DNA from: a virus
Lineage: Duplodnaviria > Caudoviricetes
DNA: 25,640 bases
IMG/VR virus record: IMGVR_UViG_3300025600_000044
Location: 1 to 25,640 of that record
Direction: 5' to 3' (one strand)
Position numbers and translations under genes: made by a program. The notes beneath the pieces are model-generated. The model ran no database searches, had not been told where the DNA came from, and saw only the letters and a list, made by a program, of their open reading frames with translations. Of the stretch, positions 24,560 to 25,640 are shown in pieces (positions within the stretch are counted from its first letter, which is position 1; each line of letters opens with the position of its first letter).

Positions 24560-25640
24560 ATGTTATTAGAATTTACCGCCCTAGACGGTCAAGAATTAAA
24601 ACGTACCGACACCAACCGCCCGAAGTCGAATTCCCAAGGTTATCTGACAGCTAAGTTTATATTTAGCGGTACGGAGCACAAGGGAGTTATCACGGCGTAT
24701 TTTATAGGGGTGCAGAATGGTGCCAAGGTTGAGGTACCTATGGTGCTGACGGATGGATTATGTAACGTACCCGATGCCATGATTAAGGCTGGCAACATCT
24801 TTGTGTGGCTATCCAGCACCGATACCCTAACACATATCCCCACGAATGTTGTGGTAGTCACAATATATCCTAGCGGTGAGTGTGATGATATTTTACCTCT
24901 GCCAGATGGTACTGTTAATCAGTATGAGGAAACAGTTAGAATGTATAACGAGGTTATGGCCGTTGGAACTACTCCGGGAGCATCGGCATATGAGGTTGCG
25001 GTGTCAAATGGGTTTGCTGGAACAGAGGTTGAATGGGAGATATCATTGCACGGTAAAGGCGGTGAACCGGGTAAAGACGGAGATCCAGGATCGCGAGGAT
25101 TACCCGGAACTGATGGAGCAATGGGAGAGCGTGGTCCGATGGGCAGAAATGGAACACCCAAAGGAGCATACACAACATTGGTTGCATTAAAGGCAGCATT
25201 CCCAACCGGAGATAACGAAAGCATTTACGTGGTTACAGCAGATAAAAATTGGTACTATTGGTTGGGCACGGATTGGGTTAGCGGTGGGATATTTATAAAT
25301 AATGCCGATGCATCAATTACCGAAAAACAGACAAGTTTTATGTTGCGCAATAGTGCAAATTTATTAAAACTCACCGACAAGGCATCTACAACAATAAACG
25401 GAATTACATACTCAGTGTTAGATGGGGTTGTTACAATTAACGGTACCGCCACCGGGAATATATCAATTCTTACTGACGTTAATTTTGCCGACTTTATCGC
25501 CGCACAATATACATTTGGCATACAGACAATCAGCGGAACAAAGGGGTACGGCAATCTGCAGCTTACGGTCGGTGGAGCAGCTACCAATATAATAAATTCA
25601 AACCAGGCAAGCAATACCGTTACATTAGCGGTGACTCCGA
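24560..25640 (+). CDS. Collagen-repeat tail/receptor-binding protein, 3'-truncated (not in ORF track)
   Basis: GAGGAG SD; frame open from ATG 24560 to the window end; SAYEVAVSNGF...EW motif, GXY repeats, WYYW...W..GG motif. Confidence 0.88.
   Translation, partial: MLLEFTALDGQELKRTDTNRPKSNSQGYLTAKFIFSGTEHKGVITAYFIGVQNGAKVEVPMVLTDGLCNVPDAMIKAGNIFVWLSSTDTLTHIPTNVVVVTIYPSGECDDILPLPDGTVNQYEETVRMYNEVMAVGTTPGASAYEVAVSNGFAGTEVEWEISLHGKGGEPGKDGDPGSRGLPGTDGAMGERGPMGRNGTPKGAYTTLVALKAAFPTGDNESIYVVTADKNWYYWLGTDWVSGGIFINNADASITEKQTSFMLRNSANLLKLTDKASTTINGITYSVLDGVVTINGTATGNISILTDVNFADFIAAQYTFGIQTISGTKGYGNLQLTVGGAATNIINSNQASNTVTLAVTP
25052..25159 (+). repeat. 12 collagen-like Gly-X-Y triplets
   Basis: GKG GEP GKD GDP GSR GLP GTD GAM GER GPM GRN GTP. 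Confidence 0.9.

Larger units (their letters stand above)
1..25640 (+). mobile_element. Temperate prophage segment, contractile-tailed, Bacillota; both ends lie outside the window
   Basis: Co-oriented gene order late activator-terS-terL-portal-MuF-scaffold-capsid-connectors-sheath-tube-TAC-TMP-baseplate-fibres; strong GGAGG SD sites; no host genes. Confidence 0.97.

Noticed and set aside
24876-25190. 104-aa + strand ORF (likewise 7549..7749 and 18418..18714)
   Set aside because: Alternative frames inside longer, motif-bearing genes.
308-25614. Minus-strand ORFs in the supplied track
   Set aside because: Nearly all are antisense shadows of well-supported + strand genes, with no recognisable motifs.
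1-25640. CRISPR array, DGR, IS or intron
   Set aside because: No regular repeat-spacer units, reverse transcriptase, transposase or interrupted core genes seen.

Overview
The whole window is part of a temperate Bacillota (Clostridia-like) prophage with a contractile tail, almost all on the + strand. 1-5081: small early/middle accessory ORFs ending in a RinA/ArpU-type late activator. 5056-5613: probable late promoter and a ~440-nt hairpin-rich non-coding leader with a degenerate tRNA-like element. 5614-13784: packaging and head genes (TerS, PBSX-type TerL, SPP1-type portal, MuF, GP20-type scaffold, capsid). 13820-25640: connectors and an Xkd-like myovirus tail (sheath, tube, frameshifted chaperone, tape measure, baseplate, two fibre/receptor-binding genes). 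Highlights: (1) MuF carries a RelA/SpoT-like C-terminal domain resembling the Apk2 (p)ppApp synthetase toxin, with a coupled immunity-like gene but no Aph1 hydrolase; (2) a small Cys-rich ORF between portal and MuF resembles this phage's own tape-measure C-terminus; (3) the structured late leader RNA; (4) an antisense 55-aa moron missed by the ORF track. All family calls are by-eye motif and synteny recognition; no searches were run.
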